31,479 nucleotides of DNA. It comes from a virus. Its lineage: Duplodnaviria; Caudoviricetes. A program made the position numbers and the translations under genes. The stretch spans positions 1 to 31,479 of IMG/VR virus record IMGVR_UViG_3300037518_000112; one strand, 5' to 3'. The notes under the pieces are model-generated. The model had not been told where the DNA came from, did not search any database, and worked only from the letters and a program-made list of their open reading frames with translations. Shown here piece by piece: positions 1 to 9,210 of the stretch (position 1 is its first letter; every line of letters starts with the position of its first letter).

Positions 1-1
1 G

Positions 2-526
2 GTACCGGATAAAACAATCTGGAACAAGCTCGGCACCACCTTCGGTTTCGCAGATAAAAAACCTCGAATGGAGATAAGCGATGCAGGTATGAGACTCTCT
101 CCGGAAGGAACAGGAACTATCTCCCATCCAGCACTCTTCGAAGCCTATCCTGAATTGCTTAAGGTAAAAACAAACATCGACATAGGGTCGCAGAATCCTA
201 AGCTCTCCGGGTTCTTCGACCATGGTAAAAACGCACTTGTAGTCAAATCTCCAACTATCTCTGGAGCTAAGACCGTAGCCAGTCACGAACTCCAGCACGG
301 AGTGCAGACTCAAGAAGGCCTCCCTAGAGGAGGGAATCTGAAGGAATTCAAACGAAAAGGTTTCTCAGACGCTGACGCACTTGCTATGTATAAGAGGTTA
401 TCTGGAGAGGCTGAAGCTCGCTTAACCCACTCCAGAAGAACCTTAACAGACGCTGAGCGTCGTCTGAGATATCCGATATCCGAGTTCGATATCCCCCCCG
501 CTCAACAAATAATAAGGCAGAGATAA
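2..526 (+). CDS. LPD23-like / zincin metallopeptidase-like protein, 5'-truncated by window edge
   Basis: Frame is open from base 2 (VPDKTIWNKLGTTFGFADKKPRMEISD), so ATG 68 is probably internal; HELQH (HExxH) followed by GEAEAR, as in large polyvalent protein-associated domains. Confidence 0.65.
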   Translation, partial: VPDKTIWNKLGTTFGFADKKPRMEISDAGMRLSPEGTGTISHPALFEAYPELLKVKTNIDIGSQNPKLSGFFDHGKNALVVKSPTISGAKTVASHELQHGVQTQEGLPRGGNLKEFKRKGFSDADALAMYKRLSGEAEARLTHSRRTLTDAERRLRYPISEFDIPPAQQIIRQR

Positions 527-1966
527 ATGAAAACTCCAATTCTTGGCGGGCAGTTCGTAGCTAGGTCAGTCAATGCTGCTGATAACCGAATGATTAACCT
601 GTATCCAGAGATTATTCCGGAAGGTGGGAAGGAGCCGGGGTATTTGTCGCGGTGTCCGGGGCTGTTGCTGAAAGCGGAGGTTGGTCTGGGGCCGATCCGC
701 GGGATGCTTCGAGTAGGAACTTCAGCTTATATCGCCTCCGGTTTGCAGTTCTATCGCTTAACCTCTAATCTTATTCCGATTCTTCTGGGCACCATAACCG
801 GCACCGGCCCTGTTTCCTTAGCCGACAACGGTACGCAGATCTTTATAGCTTGCAACCCCGATGGATTTATTTATAATGTTTCCACAGGGGTATTGGCAGA
901 AATAACCGACCCCGATTTCCCTGGCGCAGTTACTGTTGGATACCTGGACGGATACTTCGTATTCAATGAACCGGACTCCCAGAGGTTTTGGGTTACCAGT
1001 CTACTAGATGGCACTTCCATCGATCCGTTGGAATTTGCTTCTGCAGAGGGCAACCCCGATGATGTATCAGCAATCGCCGTAGATCACCGTGAAGCTTGGA
1101 TATTTGGAGAAAACTCTGTCGAAGTTTTCTACAACTCCGGTGCGTTGGACTTCCCACTCGCCCGCATCCAAGGAGCTTTTTTAGAGGTGGGTTGCTTGGC
1201 TCCACACTCCATCGCGCGCTTGGATAACTCCCTGTTCTGGCTTGGCTCAGACGCCCGTGGAGTCGGCACTGTCTATCGCGCGAACGGGTATGCAGCACAG
1301 CGAATCTCCGACCATTCCATCGAATCAATAATCCAAACATTCCCGGATATCTCTCAAGGCTCCGCCTACACCTACCAACAAGCGGGTCATTCCTTCTATG
1401 TGCTGAACTTCCCAACGCAAAACCGCACCTTCGCGTTTGACGTGGCGACTGGAATTTGGCACGAGCGGGCAGGATACTCTGACCTTGGTGAATTCACCCG
1501 CCACCGAGGCAACTCCCAGATGGTATTCAACAATGAAGTGTATGTTGGGGACTTCGAAAATGGAAATGTGTATACCTTGGACCTGGAAACCTATTCCGAT
1601 AATGGCGGAGTGCAGAAATGGCTGAGGACTTGGCGAGCACTTCCAACTGGAGCCAACACCCTCAAGCGCCTGGTCCACCATCAATTGCAGCTGGATTGCG
1701 AAACCGGCGTTGGTCTAACCGCCCCGCAGCAAGGCGATGAGGCTCTGATAATGTTGCGGTGGTCAGACGACGGTGGACATACTTGGAGCAATAACCACTG
1801 GAATACTCTTGGAATATCCCTAGGTGCTATCGGAGATACTTCCCACCGGGTTATCTGGAGGAGGTTAGGCAGGGGCCGTGATAGGATATATGAGATATCT
1901 GGGACAGATCCGGTTAAAATCGCGATAATGGGAGCTGAACTACAAGCAACGGAGGCTCGGACATGA
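527..1966 (+). CDS. Packaged DNA stabilization / tail hub protein (P22 gp10-like)
   Basis: 479 aa beta-rich; INLYPE, YLDGYFVFNEP, FASAEGNPD, LRWSDDGGHTWS, WRRLGRGRDR match the phage stabilisation family; located upstream of ejection genes. Confidence 0.85.
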   Translation: MKTPILGGQFVARSVNAADNRMINLYPEIIPEGGKEPGYLSRCPGLLLKAEVGLGPIRGMLRVGTSAYIASGLQFYRLTSNLIPILLGTITGTGPVSLADNGTQIFIACNPDGFIYNVSTGVLAEITDPDFPGAVTVGYLDGYFVFNEPDSQRFWVTSLLDGTSIDPLEFASAEGNPDDVSAIAVDHREAWIFGENSVEVFYNSGALDFPLARIQGAFLEVGCLAPHSIARLDNSLFWLGSDARGVGTVYRANGYAAQRISDHSIESIIQTFPDISQGSAYTYQQAGHSFYVLNFPTQNRTFAFDVATGIWHERAGYSDLGEFTRHRGNSQMVFNNEVYVGDFENGNVYTLDLETYSDNGGVQKWLRTWRALPTGANTLKRLVHHQLQLDCETGVGLTAPQQGDEALIMLRWSDDGGHTWSNNHWNTLGISLGAIGDTSHRVIWRRLGRGRDRIYEISGTDPVKIAIMGAELQATEART

Positions 1967-2349
1967 TAACTCAAATTCCTTCTACTAGGGAAAAGTTCCT
2001 CGATGAACGCTCTGGCAACATTTCCAGGAGTTGGTATCGGTTCTTACAGTTGCTAGAGCAGAAGGTCGGATTATCGCTGGAATTTCTCTCAAATGTCACC
2101 ATAACAGATGCTGATGTTTCAATCGACAATGATACTCAGCATGTAATGGCTTCCGGGACGATTACTATAACCCTGCAAACCGCTGCGCAACGGGATTCAG
2201 TTCTCTCCATAACCAATACCGGAACCGGGATAATAACCATCCTTCCGCAGGCTGGCGAACTGATTCAAGACGATGCAAGCAAGGAGCTCGACTTCCAATG
2301 GACTACGGTCCAACTCTGCCCAACCATCGGAGGCTATGTTATAATATGA
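1963..2349 (+). CDS. Putative virion protein
   Basis: ATGA overlap with gp10-like gene; N-terminal P..R..FLD..SG.ISRSWYRFL segment typical of genes following gp10-like hubs; beta-rich C-terminus. Confidence 0.6.
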   Translation: MITQIPSTREKFLDERSGNISRSWYRFLQLLEQKVGLSLEFLSNVTITDADVSIDNDTQHVMASGTITITLQTAAQRDSVLSITNTGTGIITILPQAGELIQDDASKELDFQWTTVQLCPTIGGYVII

Positions 2350-3056
2350 GCAGCTATGAACAAACCCGACTTGCAGATATCGCAGGAAGTACCATCAATC
2401 CGGCTACCGAAGAGGGTCAAATTAACCTCTTGACAGAATTGGAATTAAAAGCTAATATAACAGATATTCAACCAGTTAATGATGCAGCTATTCAAGCATT
2501 GATTACCCTTTTAACTGATTTGATTGAGGCTAGGAGCGAAATTCCTTCTATCTTGGATGCATTGAATGTGCAGATTGGTCCTACCGATCCGTTCTTCGAC
2601 AATCCGGTTACTATAAGTCATACGCACCATCAAATCCATCAGGGGAATACCTTTAAAGCCTTAGAGATGGTAGCTTTGGGAACTTCTACCCTTAAATATG
2701 CTTTCGTCACAACCACCGACCGTCCGCACTTAATCGTCAGTTGTGATGTGTTCGATGGATCGGCCAGAGTAGACCTATACAAAGATGCCACTTTCACCGG
2801 AGGGGCAACTATTCCAATATTCAATAAAAACTTTAATTCCGCCACCACCCCGCTATCTACCATAACCTCTGGGGTAACCAGTACTGATGGGACCTTAGTA
2901 GAATCCTTTTATGTAGGAACAGGTAAGGATTCAGCCGGAGCCTCTCGCGTAGATAGCGAATGGATTCTTGAACCCAGCTCTATTTACCGAATAGATTTTG
3001 TTGGCTTAGTCTCAGCAGACGTCATTAATACTTTCAGTTGGTACAATCATCAATAA
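2346..3056 (+). CDS. Hypothetical protein, probably virion-associated
   Basis: Start moved to ATG 2346 (ATGA overlap, GGAGG upstream); 236 aa; His cluster SHTHHQIHQG followed by beta-rich region. Confidence 0.6.
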   Translation: MSSYEQTRLADIAGSTINPATEEGQINLLTELELKANITDIQPVNDAAIQALITLLTDLIEARSEIPSILDALNVQIGPTDPFFDNPVTISHTHHQIHQGNTFKALEMVALGTSTLKYAFVTTTDRPHLIVSCDVFDGSARVDLYKDATFTGGATIPIFNKNFNSATTPLSTITSGVTSTDGTLVESFYVGTGKDSAGASRVDSEWILEPSSIYRIDFVGLVSADVINTFSWYNHQ

Positions 3057-3080
3057 TTAATTTTTAATCTTGGAACTCTT

Positions 3081-3344
3081 ATGCAAATAACTAAGGACAC
3101 CTTTAAAACCGCTGATGATTCAACAAAATTGCTTATAATTTACGATGCTTTGATTGAGCAGGGATCATTACTAACCTCTCATACAGAGTTGCAGGCTAAT
3201 CTGTGTGAGAGGCGCTGTGCTTCCTGCGATACGCGGTTTCTTAAGCTTGAGCGAAGGGGCCTTTGGCATGTAGGATTGTCAGCTAGTGGTGGATTGCTTG
3301 GGGGGTTTATAGCAGTTATAACTAAGATGTCAGTGTTTAAATAA
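3081..3344 (+). CDS. Small membrane protein (possible holin-like)
   Basis: 87 aa; helical N-terminus and one C-terminal hydrophobic Gly-rich segment (VGLSASGGLLGGFIAVI); function is a guess. Confidence 0.5.
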   Translation: MQITKDTFKTADDSTKLLIIYDALIEQGSLLTSHTELQANLCERRCASCDTRFLKLERRGLWHVGLSASGGLLGGFIAVITKMSVFK

Positions 3345-3351
3345 TACATCG

Positions 3352-3371
3352 GGATTATTAATCATTAATCC
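3352..3371. promoter_or_regulatory. GGATTA-N8-TAATCC palindromic box 1
   Basis: GGATTA ttaatcat TAATCC in the intergenic gap just before the cupin-SET gene. Confidence 0.55.
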
Positions 3372-3383
3372 AACGGGGAAACT

Positions 3384-4238
3384 ATGGAAGAAATACTAAA
3401 AACTGCTGGGATAGATAACCTTCCGGGGGTTAGCTTAGATATAATTGAGAAGAAGCTGTTGCAATTGCCGCAAGCAGAATGCCCGCTATTCCACTACTTC
3501 GGGGATGGGCTGTATATCCGGGAAGTGCATTTCCCAGCTGGCGCAATGGTGCTCGGGCATCGACAGAAGTTCTCCCACGTAAATATCTTCATCCAGGGGA
3601 AAGTTCTGATGCTGAATCCAGACGGAAGCAAAACCGAACTCTCCGCGCCAATGACCTTCATTGGGCCTCCTGGGAGAAAGGTCGGCTATATCCTGGAAGA
3701 TGTTATCTGGCAGAATGTCTATGCTACGGACGAAACCGATATCGATAAGCTGGAGGCTTGGTTCCTGGATAAAACTGACTATGCGGTGGAGTACCACAAA
3801 GACACTACTGATTACAGCGAGGACCACGCGGACTATGAGCTGGTAGTGCAAGAGTGCGGTATGGTTCCTGAACAGATAAAGGAGGAAGTTGAAAATGAAG
3901 AAGATCAAATCCCAATGCCAAATGGTTGGACTAAGGTATGCGTTCGTGATTCTGCTTTGCATGGGAAGGGGTTATTTGCCTCTGCACCGTTCTACGAGGG
4001 GGAGGTTATTGCCCCAGCTAATATCAACGGTAAACGGACGCCTGCGGGTAGGTATACAAATCATTCCTGTCGGCCCAATGCCAAGGTCTTCCAAGTCAAT
4101 AACGACATAGTCTTTGTCGCTCTGCGAGCTATTGAAGGCTGCAGGGCCGGGGGTCGGGGAGAGGAAATAACCATAGATTATAGACAGACTTTGCAATTGC
4201 GGGGTTTGTTGGAGGTAGGAGAATGTCAAGCGCAATAA
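3384..4238 (+). CDS. Cupin-like domain fused to SET-domain (putative protein lysine methyltransferase)
   Basis: N-terminal HYFGDGLYIREVHFPAGAMVLGHRQKFSH cupin-like pattern; C-terminal SET motifs LHGKGLFA, RYTNHSCRPN, GEEITIDY. Confidence 0.85.
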   Translation: MEEILKTAGIDNLPGVSLDIIEKKLLQLPQAECPLFHYFGDGLYIREVHFPAGAMVLGHRQKFSHVNIFIQGKVLMLNPDGSKTELSAPMTFIGPPGRKVGYILEDVIWQNVYATDETDIDKLEAWFLDKTDYAVEYHKDTTDYSEDHADYELVVQECGMVPEQIKEEVENEEDQIPMPNGWTKVCVRDSALHGKGLFASAPFYEGEVIAPANINGKRTPAGRYTNHSCRPNAKVFQVNNDIVFVALRAIEGCRAGGRGEEITIDYRQTLQLRGLLEVGECQAQ

Positions 4239-4957
4239 CAGCGGCGGTTGTTGTAGGAGGGGCGAGTTACCTTTCCTCAAAGGCACAGTCAAAGGCGGCA
4301 GCAAAAGCGGGAGATTCCGCGTCCGCCTCGGCTGCCTATGCTGCGGAAGAGCAGGGTCGACAATTCGACAAAATGCAAGCTAACCAGAAGCCTTGGCTGC
4401 AGCAAGGTACCGCGGCGATTAATCAGCTCGGAACAGGGGTGCTGTCGGGCGCGATGAGTAGGCCCTTTGAAGCTGGCGATATGCTTGCAGACCCGGGATA
4501 TCAGTTCCGAATGTCCGAAGGGATAAAGGCGTTGGATCGGTCAGCCTCGGCAAGCGGGGGTTTGGCTTCCGGAGGCGCCTTGAAAGCAATCACCCGATTC
4601 GGTCAGGATACCGCCAGCAACGAGTACCAAAATGCATACAACCGCTATACCGGGGAGCAGGCAACCAAATACAACCAATTGGCAAGCCTAGCCGGGGTCG
4701 GTCAAACCGCCGCGAACACCCTTGGTCAAGCGGGTCAGCAATATGCCGGCAATGTCGGTAATATCGCCATGAGTAATGCCGCAACACAAGGGAATGTGGC
4801 TATCGCGCAGGGGAACGCGCAGGCTAGCGCTTATCAAGGCTATGGGAATGCCCTATCAACAGGCATCTCCGGACTTAGTCAATACTACGGCCAGAAGAAT
4901 CAGCAACAGCAGCAATCGAGTGGATGGATCAACCCTGACACGGGGAGGGCTTGGTAA
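4223..4957 (+). CDS. DNA ejection/transfer protein (P22 gp7-like)
   Basis: Ala/Gly/Gln-rich, hydrophobic N-terminus, DPGYQFRMSEG...SGGALKAITRFGQ pattern; first of three consecutive large low-complexity genes. Confidence 0.75.
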   Translation: MSSAITAAVVVGGASYLSSKAQSKAAAKAGDSASASAAYAAEEQGRQFDKMQANQKPWLQQGTAAINQLGTGVLSGAMSRPFEAGDMLADPGYQFRMSEGIKALDRSASASGGLASGGALKAITRFGQDTASNEYQNAYNRYTGEQATKYNQLASLAGVGQTAANTLGQAGQQYAGNVGNIAMSNAATQGNVAIAQGNAQASAYQGYGNALSTGISGLSQYYGQKNQQQQQSSGWINPDTGRAW

Positions 4958-6360
4958 TGGCAGAGGTTAATTGGAATCTATTGAACACAAATGCCCCTGC
5001 TCAGATAGCCGCTAGCCTTGATCCGATGGGGTCTTGGAACAAAGGGCAGATGAATGCACTGGCTATGCAGAACGCGCAGCAACAACAACAGATGAACGCG
5101 TTGGAGGTGCAGAAGGCACAGCGGATGGAACGGGAAGCGCCTATGGTCCAGCAGATGAAGATGCAAGAGGCAGCTCAAAAGCAGCAAATGGCCGGGATAG
5201 AGCAGGAGCTGAAGATGCACACTATCCGGAAGCAAGCGGCAGATACAGTAGCCAGCGCTCCGCCTGAGCTAGCTTGGCAGGCTTTCGTTCAAGAGGCGCA
5301 GAGAGTGGCGCAATTAAACGGGAGTGATCCTGCGCCAGCCCTCGAACATGGAAAACAGGTAATGGCACAGGGCGGTCCACAAGCCCTGCAGCAGGAGGCG
5401 ATGAAGATCTCCTTGGACGCGAAAGATAAGCTGTCGAAGATACAGTTGGTTAATGCCGGGCAGACTACGGAATTTGCAGAGACTAACCCACTGGCTTCGG
5501 GGTATAGTGGTCAACCGATTCAAATGTCAGCTTCGCCTGGTGCGGAATTAGCCGCGCAGACCTCTCGGATGCAAGCAGAACGAGGAAGCGGCGCGGGAGG
5601 CGGAACTCCTTATTTTGTCCCAATCCAGACTCCAGAGGGTGTGGTGTCTTTCGACGCAAGGCGCGGGACTATGGCACAGATGGGGGTTGATGGAAGGCCG
5701 GTAATTGGATCAGCCTCTTCTCCAGCATTGCAAGGAGAACTCGCTGAAGCCAAGAAAACCGGCACCGGCATGGGCGAAAACAACATGGAGCAATATCAAG
5801 CAGCACAAGCCGCTCCAAATAAGATAAAGGACTTAGACAAACTACTGACCCATTTGGAAAGTTCGGACGCAGAAACCGGCCTTGGTGCGGAAATGTTTAA
5901 GAATATTGAACGGGCAAAAGCGCTAATGGGAAGCGATGCTGCAGCAGGAAAAGTAAAAGACACGGAATTGCTTGACACCATGATGGGTGCGGCTGTGTTC
6001 CCAATGATCTCTTCCCTGGGCGTTGGTGCAAGGGGTATGGACACACCAGCAGAACGCGAATTCATGCGTAGTGTGCTGACTGGTAGCATCTCGTTGAATA
6101 AAGGCACTCTGGTTGAAATGGCTAAGATTCGGAAGAATATTGAAAAGCGGGCCCTGGATAAATGGAATAAAAGGGTTGAGAAAGGGGAATTGAACAGGTT
6201 CTTTGAACATACGGGAATTCCGAAAGAGGGGATGCAGGCAGAACAGCCGTCCCCCACACAAGCCGCCGCTCCCCCTTCCCAATCCCTAATAACCGTAACC
6301 AATCCCCAGACCGGGGAACAAGAAGTCTGGGATACAGTCTCTGAACAAAGGGTGAGATAA
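4957..6360 (+). CDS. Putative DNA ejection protein (gp20-like position)
   Basis: ATG 4957 overlaps the upstream TAA; Gln/Met/Ala-rich helical protein; assignment from synteny. Confidence 0.6.
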   Translation: MAEVNWNLLNTNAPAQIAASLDPMGSWNKGQMNALAMQNAQQQQQMNALEVQKAQRMEREAPMVQQMKMQEAAQKQQMAGIEQELKMHTIRKQAADTVASAPPELAWQAFVQEAQRVAQLNGSDPAPALEHGKQVMAQGGPQALQQEAMKISLDAKDKLSKIQLVNAGQTTEFAETNPLASGYSGQPIQMSASPGAELAAQTSRMQAERGSGAGGGTPYFVPIQTPEGVVSFDARRGTMAQMGVDGRPVIGSASSPALQGELAEAKKTGTGMGENNMEQYQAAQAAPNKIKDLDKLLTHLESSDAETGLGAEMFKNIERAKALMGSDAAAGKVKDTELLDTMMGAAVFPMISSLGVGARGMDTPAEREFMRSVLTGSISLNKGTLVEMAKIRKNIEKRALDKWNKRVEKGELNRFFEHTGIPKEGMQAEQPSPTQAAAPPSQSLITVTNPQTGEQEVWDTVSEQRVR

Positions 6361-8192
6361 TGGCACTTCCAAGTTATGTACAAGAGGCTATGAAGCAGGG
6401 AGGGGGAGGAGCACCCGCTGCTGGTGGTATGCCGGATTATGTTCTGCAGGCAATGCAAGGGCAACAAGCAGCTCCAGCAGCTCCAGCCATGCAACAACAG
6501 ACCCTCGGCCAAGCTGCCAAATCCGTCCTAGCCCCGCTTCCTTCCCGCGAGTTCTCCGATCCGAAATATTGGACTGAGAACGTTCCGCAATCGGTTGCAA
6601 GACTGCCAGTTGCAGTTGCCGCGGGGATGGGTGGAATGGCTTATGAGGCAGCAAAGCAGTTCACCGACCCCTTTGTCAATTTGTTAGACAGCCCTAAAGG
6701 CTTAGAAGATTATACAAAAGCGGTAGCGGACTTCGCCCATGCTCCACAGAGAGCCACGGAAGGGTTAGTGCATGGAGTTAAGGAGTTTGTTAACGCACCG
6801 TTGGGCTTGGCGGAAGAGCAAACAGCCAGCCAAGCTTGGGATGATCCAGCGGCGAGCTTGTTGGCATTGTCGCCGTTTGCAAAGCCAGGGATGAAAGTAG
6901 CTAAGGCGGCAGTTCCGAAAAATGTAGGGGCTAGGCTGACCAAGCGATCATTACAATTCCCCCCGAGCGTCGATCCTATTGTCCAGGCAAAGGTAGCCGA
7001 CACAGTTCGCAAGCATGGAGCTAATATCACCGAAGCCGGACTTGATAAGTTCAAGCAGGACCTCCGCGCAAAGAACCAGGAAATCGGAAAGATGCTCGAG
7101 CCAATTGCTGATACCCCGATTGAGCTGGACCTCGCCCCCGCACTGAAGAACCGTATAATTGCAGCTGAAGTCTCTGGCACAAAGGGGAAAGATATCAAGC
7201 AAGCTACCAAGTACATGGAAGAGTTCCGCAGGGATCATCTAGTCGAGCGGGTGGAGGTTGAGCAAGGAGGAAAGAAGCAAATCGTTGAGACTCCAAAGGA
7301 ACTAACCCTTGGCAAAATCCAGAAGCTCAAGCAAAACATCAACTTCCAGCTAAAGAACTATTGGAAGGAGAGGGCGAAGAGCGGGAAGAGCAATGATGCG
7401 AAGGCTGATGCGATGAAGGAGGTTGGGGATTTGCTGCGGGCTGAGGTTGAGAGGCTAGCTCCCGAAACAAAGCAGTTGAACAAGGATGTATCCGATATGA
7501 TTATCGCGCGGCCCTTCCTGCAATCCGCGGTAAACAAGGCCGGCTCTCGTCAGATGATCTCTTACCGCGATCTAATGGCTGGGGGCGTGGCCGGTGCGAT
7601 GCTATCTCCGACTGCTAGCCTCCCTGCGATTATTGCCAGTAAGGTCTTGCGGGACCCTCGGACACAAGGACGTGCTGGAATTGTTATGTATAATGTCGGG
7701 GAATTTACCGGAAAAGTTAAAAGGATGCTAGCACCGGGAGAGGCAAATAGGATTGCAGCGGAGATCGAACCACAGGTTCAACCGCCTCCACAAGGGCAAC
7801 TTCCTCCTGGGCAGAATCAACTTGCATTGCCCGCTCCGCGCAGTGTTATAGAACTAGGTGAAGGGCCTCCAGCTGCAGCAATCCATCTAGGTGGGCCGAA
7901 GGCTGCTCCAGAAATGGTTCCGGTGGAAGTCTCTGCATACGAGAGATTATTCCAGATAGCCCAATCCCCGGAAGGGAAGAGGCTGTTGGTAGAGCGGCTG
8001 GGCAGAGAAGAGCGTCATGCGAAACTTGTAGCGGAGTTGCTGAAAGTCCCAACTACCAAAGCACTGCCGCCTGGGCAAGGATTCACCATGCAAGAACCAA
8101 TTGGACCCACTCCTGCTCCCCCTCCCGGTGGTCGGGCAATTCGAGCGGAAAACCAACAAATCGGAAACCCATTATCCAGAGGAGGATATTAA
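6360..8192 (+). CDS. Putative DNA ejection protein (gp16-like position)
   Basis: 610 aa helical, Ala/Lys-rich with Pro-rich tail; TAATG coupling to previous gene; synteny. Confidence 0.55.
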   Translation: MALPSYVQEAMKQGGGGAPAAGGMPDYVLQAMQGQQAAPAAPAMQQQTLGQAAKSVLAPLPSREFSDPKYWTENVPQSVARLPVAVAAGMGGMAYEAAKQFTDPFVNLLDSPKGLEDYTKAVADFAHAPQRATEGLVHGVKEFVNAPLGLAEEQTASQAWDDPAASLLALSPFAKPGMKVAKAAVPKNVGARLTKRSLQFPPSVDPIVQAKVADTVRKHGANITEAGLDKFKQDLRAKNQEIGKMLEPIADTPIELDLAPALKNRIIAAEVSGTKGKDIKQATKYMEEFRRDHLVERVEVEQGGKKQIVETPKELTLGKIQKLKQNINFQLKNYWKERAKSGKSNDAKADAMKEVGDLLRAEVERLAPETKQLNKDVSDMIIARPFLQSAVNKAGSRQMISYRDLMAGGVAGAMLSPTASLPAIIASKVLRDPRTQGRAGIVMYNVGEFTGKVKRMLAPGEANRIAAEIEPQVQPPPQGQLPPGQNQLALPAPRSVIELGEGPPAAAIHLGGPKAAPEMVPVEVSAYERLFQIAQSPEGKRLLVERLGREERHAKLVAELLKVPTTKALPPGQGFTMQEPIGPTPAPPPGGRAIRAENQQIGNPLSRGGY

Positions 8193-8194
8193 TT

Positions 8195-8752
8195 ATGGCA
8201 TCCCTAACTCCTGCCCCTCGGATGCAATTCTTCAACGAGACTGGCAAGCCACTAGCCGGGGGGAAGGTTTATACTTATGAAGCGGGGACTACTACCCCGC
8301 TTGCGACATTCAAAGACTCCCTCGGTATCGAAGCCAACACCAACCCTGTTATCCTTGATAGCCGTGGGCAAGCAGCAATATGGCTGAACTATGATGTGTA
8401 TAACATCTTGGTCTATGACGCGGATGATGTGTTGCAGACCAGCGACGACAACGTAACCGCTTTTGTAGCTGAGCGCACTTATATAATGGCGGGGGAAGTG
8501 TTCGATGCTAACAAAGGAACTATTTTCATCGCTAACTTGACCAGCAATCGGGAATTTGTAGATGGTATGACAGATGGGCAGTCCTTAACTTTAATGCTAA
8601 CCAACGCGGTTACATATACTGCAACTTGGCCAGCTATGGTTTGGGTGTCAGATGTCGGTAACTCCGCACCAACGCTAACCGGAGCAGATGTTATCGTTCT
8701 CTGGAAAGTTGGTGAAGTCCTATATGGCCGCTACATAGGGAACCACCTATAA
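8195..8752 (+). CDS. Tail adaptor with tailspike head-binding-like N-terminal domain
   Basis: PRMQFFNETGKPLAGGKVYTYEAGTTTPLATF...NTNPVILDSRG is the typical N-terminus of P22-like tailspike/fibre anchors; only 185 aa, no catalytic beta-helix. Confidence 0.75.
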   Translation: MASLTPAPRMQFFNETGKPLAGGKVYTYEAGTTTPLATFKDSLGIEANTNPVILDSRGQAAIWLNYDVYNILVYDADDVLQTSDDNVTAFVAERTYIMAGEVFDANKGTIFIANLTSNREFVDGMTDGQSLTLMLTNAVTYTATWPAMVWVSDVGNSAPTLTGADVIVLWKVGEVLYGRYIGNHL

Positions 8753-9210
8753 TGCTGTTCCGGTGGCTTACCTGGGCGGTATCAGGACAACCGAGGTATT
8801 TGCTGACTAGTCGGCCTTATCAGACGGAAGCGACAGAGGAAATGCAGTCGTTGGGTGGGGCATTGCTGGAAGGAAGCTTTCGAGCAGCGATACTCGACTT
8901 CGACGCGGGAATAGAATCTGCGGAATCAACAGGAGGAAGTTTGCTTGCAGGAGAGTTTCGAAGTTCGATTTATCTGTATGATAACGGACTTCCGGACGCT
9001 GCAGAGTCAACCGGAGGGGCCTTGATTTCAGGTGTATTTAGAGCGGCTATTCAATCCTATTCTAATGGACTCCCAGAGGAAGCCTTCTCAGATGGTGGAG
9101 AACTTATATCCGGCATATTTAGACAGGGGTTAATAGCCTACAACAATAATCCAGCTGAAGAAGCTGAATCAACAGGCGGAAGCCTTGTATCGGGGTCACA
9201 TGGAACTTAA
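8752..9210 (+). CDS. Tail-associated repeat protein
   Basis: 152 aa with five ~28-aa repeats, consensus E-x-AESTGG-x-L-x-SG-x-FR. Confidence 0.65.
   Translation: MLFRWLTWAVSGQPRYLLTSRPYQTEATEEMQSLGGALLEGSFRAAILDFDAGIESAESTGGSLLAGEFRSSIYLYDNGLPDAAESTGGALISGVFRAAIQSYSNGLPEEAFSDGGELISGIFRQGLIAYNNNPAEEAESTGGSLVSGSHGT

Noticed and set aside
5796-6512. Long antisense ORFs (e.g. 5796-6512, 18270-18920, 17688-18164)
   Set aside because: Shadow frames opposite well-supported genes, with no motifs or RBS
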